Shown here one piece after another: positions 60,836 to 64,000 of a stretch of 64,000 bases of DNA. The position numbers and the translations under genes were made by a program. Each line of letters opens with the position of its first letter. Positions within the stretch are counted from its first letter, which is position 1. This DNA is from an uncultured Gemmatimonadales bacterium. GTDB taxonomy: Bacteria; Gemmatimonadota; Gemmatimonadetes; Longimicrobiales; Gaopeijiaceae. The stretch is taken from contig CAWGKG010000014.1 of NCBI GenBank assembly GCA_963823035.1, positions 636,122 to 700,121 on the forward strand. Direction: 5' to 3'. The notes below the pieces were generated by a model. That model made no database searches. It saw only the letters and a list, made by a program, of their open reading frames with translations, and had not been told where the DNA came from.

Positions 60836-63502
60836 ATGACCCGCACACTCCCCACAGCCATCCTGGCCTCCGTCGCGCTGACCGTCCCGCTGGCTGCCCA
60901 GAACGGCACGGGCGGGTGGAGCGCCGACCTCTTCGAGGGGCTCGCGTTCCGGAGCATCGGCCCCAGCCTGACCACGGGGCGCATCGCCGACCTGGAGGTG
61001 GATCCCCACGACCCGAGCACCTGGTATGTGGCCGCCGGGTCGGGCAATCTGTGGAAGACCGTCAACCGCGGGGAGACGTGGACGCCGATCTTCGACGACT
61101 ACCCCGCCTACTCGATCGGTGCGGTGGTCGTCGATCCCCGCGACTCCAACGTGGTCTGGCTCGGCACGGGCGAGAACTCGAACTCCCGCAGCGCCTCGTA
61201 CGGCGACGGCGTCTACAAGTCCACCGACGGCGGCGCCACCTGGCGGCGGGTGGGGCTCGAGCGGTCGGAGCACATCCAGCGCATCCTCTTCGATCCCCGG
61301 GATCCGGACGTCGTGTGGGTGGCCGCCCAGGGGCCGCTATGGGCGCCGGGCGGCGATCGAGGCCTGTACAAGACCACCGACGGCGGACGCACGTGGACGC
61401 GCTCCCTGCACGTGAGCGACGACACCGGTGTCACCGACGTCGCGCTCCACCCGCGCGATCCCGACGTCGTGTACGCGGCAGCCTATCAGCGCCGCCGTGC
61501 GGTGGGCCTGACCGTCGGGGGTGGGCCGGAGGCCGGGATCTTCAAGTCGTCCGACGGCGGTGCTACGTGGAAGCGGCTCACCGCCGGGCTTCCCACCGTG
61601 GACATGGGTCGGATCGCGCTGGGTGTGGACCCGCGCATCCCCGACCGCGTCTACGCCCTGATCTACGCGCGGGGCGACGCGGGCGGCTTCTTCCGTTCCG
61701 AGGACGCCGGCGAGCGCTGGACCCGCGTGAGCGACTACGCCGGAGGCGATCCCCAGTACTACGGGGAGATCTTCGTCGATCCCCACCGCCCCGAGACCGT
61801 CTGGAACGTGGACATCCAGATCCAGCGCAGCGCGGACGGCGGGGCCACGTGGGCGCCGATGGACTTCCCCATCCACGTGGACCACCACGAGATCGTGTTC
61901 GACGAGGCCGACCCCGAGCACATGTGGATCGGCAACGACGGCGGGCTCTACGAGACCTGGGACGGCGGCGGGACGTGGCGCCACTTCACCAACCTGCCCC
62001 TCTCCCAGTTCTACCGGGTGTCGGCGGACGACGCCCGCCCGTTCTACACCGTGTGCGGGGGCGCCCAGGACAACGGCTCACACTGCGGCCCGAGCCGGAC
62101 GGCCAACGCCGTGGGGATCCGGACCAGCGACTGGATCCAGGTGGGAGGTGGCGACGGCTTCCAGCCCTATGTGCATCCCGAGCGCCCGAACATCGTGTAC
62201 CGGCAGTCCCAGAACGGGAACCTGGGGCGCCTCGACCTCGAGACGGGCGAGAGCGTCGACATCCGGCCGCTCCGCCCCGAGCCCGAACAGACGCGCGGCG
62301 GGGGCGAGCCACCCGACCGGGGACGCTGGCACTGGGACGCCCCGCTCCTGATCAGCCCCCACGCCCCGGACCGGCTGTACTTCGCCGGCAACCGCCTCTT
62401 CCGCAGCGATGACCGGGGCGATACCTGGACGGCGGTGAGCCCCGACCTGACGCGGCAGTGGGACCGGGACACGATCCCCATCATGGGACGCGTCCAGGAC
62501 GAGGACGCGGTGGCGCGTAACCTGTACACCACGGACCTGAGCGTCGTCACTGCGGTGGACGAGTCCCCCCTGCTGGAAGGGCTGCTCTACGTCGGCACCG
62601 ACGACGGGTTGATCCAGGTCTCGGAGGACGGGGGCGGCTCGTGGCGGGCCGTGGGCGACTTCACGGGCCTGCCGGCGCACAGCTACGTCACCGACGTGTC
62701 CGCCTCCCCACGGAACGCCGACGTCGTCTTCGCGACCTTCAACAACTGGCAGCGGGGCGACTTCCGTCCCTGGGTCCTCCGGAGCGACGACCGCGGGCGG
62801 ACGTGGACCAGCGTCACCGGCGACCTGCCTGAACGGTCGGGCGCGTGGTCGGTGGTGCAGGACCCCGTGAATCCCGACCTGCTGTTCGTGGGCATGGAGT
62901 TCGGCGTCTGGTTCACCGCCGACGGCGGCGCGAGCTGGACGCAGCTCCGCGGCGGGATCCCGTCGATCCAGGCGCGGGACCTCCGGATCCAGAGGCGCGA
63001 GGGCGACCTCGTGGTGGGGACGTTCGGCCGGGGCGCCTACATCCTCGACGACTACGCGCCGCTCCGGACGATGTCGGCGGAGACGCTGGCGGCCGGAGCC
63101 TGGCTGTTCCCGGCGCGGCCGGCCTACCTCTACGGAGAGCGGGGGTACGTGGAAGCCGCGTGGGGGAACGAGACCACGCCGAACCCGCCGTTCGGGGCCG
63201 TGCTCACCGTCCACGTGGGCGACGCATTGGCCGGGGACACCACCCTGGTGCTCGCCGTCACCGACGAGCACGGAGCGCCGGTGCGCCACGTGCGGGTTCC
63301 CGCGGGGGGCGGCCTGCGCAGGGTCGCCTGGGACCTGAGGAGGGACCCGCCTCCGCTCCCGGAGGGCGCCGGGGCCCGGCGGAGACCGCGGCGAGGCGAG
63401 CTGGTGGAGCCGGGTCGCTATGCGGTGGTCCTGGCTCGGGCCGGTGGGGCCGAGCCGCTCGCGCCCCCTCGGCAGATCCTGGTCGTGCGGGTCGATCCGT
63501 AG
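60836..63502 (+). CDS. Secreted VPS10/BNR-repeat beta-propeller (glycosyl hydrolase-like)
   Basis: Signal peptide; FRSIGP..TGRIAD; repeated Asp-boxes; HVDHH, GGAQDNG, GTFGRG. Confidence 0.88.
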   Translation: MTRTLPTAILASVALTVPLAAQNGTGGWSADLFEGLAFRSIGPSLTTGRIADLEVDPHDPSTWYVAAGSGNLWKTVNRGETWTPIFDDYPAYSIGAVVVDPRDSNVVWLGTGENSNSRSASYGDGVYKSTDGGATWRRVGLERSEHIQRILFDPRDPDVVWVAAQGPLWAPGGDRGLYKTTDGGRTWTRSLHVSDDTGVTDVALHPRDPDVVYAAAYQRRRAVGLTVGGGPEAGIFKSSDGGATWKRLTAGLPTVDMGRIALGVDPRIPDRVYALIYARGDAGGFFRSEDAGERWTRVSDYAGGDPQYYGEIFVDPHRPETVWNVDIQIQRSADGGATWAPMDFPIHVDHHEIVFDEADPEHMWIGNDGGLYETWDGGGTWRHFTNLPLSQFYRVSADDARPFYTVCGGAQDNGSHCGPSRTANAVGIRTSDWIQVGGGDGFQPYVHPERPNIVYRQSQNGNLGRLDLETGESVDIRPLRPEPEQTRGGGEPPDRGRWHWDAPLLISPHAPDRLYFAGNRLFRSDDRGDTWTAVSPDLTRQWDRDTIPIMGRVQDEDAVARNLYTTDLSVVTAVDESPLLEGLLYVGTDDGLIQVSEDGGGSWRAVGDFTGLPAHSYVTDVSASPRNADVVFATFNNWQRGDFRPWVLRSDDRGRTWTSVTGDLPERSGAWSVVQDPVNPDLLFVGMEFGVWFTADGGASWTQLRGGIPSIQARDLRIQRREGDLVVGTFGRGAYILDDYAPLRTMSAETLAAGAWLFPARPAYLYGERGYVEAAWGNETTPNPPFGAVLTVHVGDALAGDTTLVLAVTDEHGAPVRHVRVPAGGGLRRVAWDLRRDPPPLPEGAGARRRPRRGELVEPGRYAVVLARAGGAEPLAPPRQILVVRVDP

Positions 63503-63514
63503 GGTAGGGTCCCG

Positions 63515-64000
63515 CTACGGGCCTCCCACGACGAGCCGCTCGGCCACCAGCTCGAGGATACGGGGCTCGAGCGTCCCCTTGGAGTTGCAGTGCGCCGGAA
63601 CCCCGCTGGTCGATCGGGGCTGCCCGAGCGCGTCCACGTACGCCGCGACCCGCGTGTCGCGTTGGCCTTTGGGCTGCAGCACGACCACCACCTGGAGGGT
63701 GATGCTGTACGCGTCCGCGAGGACGCCGTTGAGGCTCGTTCCACAGTCGATCCACGCGGACATCCGCTTCCCTTCCACGCGTTGCGCCTGATAGCCCGCG
63801 TTCCCCATCCGGGTACCGCTCTCCCTCAGCGTCACCGGGATGTCGAGTTGCTCGAAGACGGCGGGTAGCGTGGACCACACCCGGGCCGCCGGCGTGCCGA
63901 ACGTGCGCTCGGACATCCCGGCCTCGTTGTGCATCTCCAACCGCTCGCCGCCGACCCGGAGGACCGATGGCCCCGGGGCGGGACGACCGGGTTCCTGCGC
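63515..64000 (-). CDS. Hypothetical exported protein, 5' end outside the window
   Basis: Frame is open to the window edge; WIDCG, HCNSKGTLEPRIL. Confidence 0.65.
   Translation of the reverse strand, partial: AQEPGRPAPGPSVLRVGGERLEMHNEAGMSERTFGTPAARVWSTLPAVFEQLDIPVTLRESGTRMGNAGYQAQRVEGKRMSAWIDCGTSLNGVLADAYSITLQVVVVLQPKGQRDTRVAAYVDALGQPRSTSGVPAHCNSKGTLEPRILELVAERLVVGGP

Noticed and set aside
1..64000. CRISPR arrays, tRNA/rRNA, transposases, integrases, prophage genes
   Set aside because: No repeat-spacer periodicity, RNA-gene signatures or mobile-element motifs were recognised by eye.

Overview
A very GC-rich bacterial window (roughly 70% by eye). Its gene repertoire (SusC/SusD pair, BTAD/TolB-like TPR regulator, VPS10/BNR propellers, DUF5916) suggests Gemmatimonadota, but that is inference. 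It holds about 40 protein-coding genes and no rRNA, tRNA, CRISPR array or transposase that I can recognise. Ordinary content includes a glycosylasparaginase, S10 carboxypeptidase, MscS channel, hybrid histidine kinase, ABC exporter, ppk1 and two alpha-glucan gene groups (malQ-MFS-GH13; pullulanase-like plus GH13). Many genes are split by single-base frameshifts, most densely at 40.3-47.7 kb, which is probably long-read consensus error. Four loci stand out. (1) A minimal two-gene graspetide (ATP-grasp RiPP) locus at 59.4-60.6 kb, whose 95-aa precursor ends in a symmetric TxTxS-x9-DxDxD core with two Cys. (2) A stand-alone, translationally coupled giant SEDS protein plus PBP-like transpeptidase at 19.1-24.9 kb, in which the SEDS catalytic Asp appears substituted. 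(3) A four-gene TPR/Zn-finger, Zn-ribbon, SPFH and membrane-protein operon at 8.9-13.7 kb resembling a PspA-less ydjG/ydjI module. (4) A Tat-signal, orphan LanC-like protein with a candidate structured RNA upstream.
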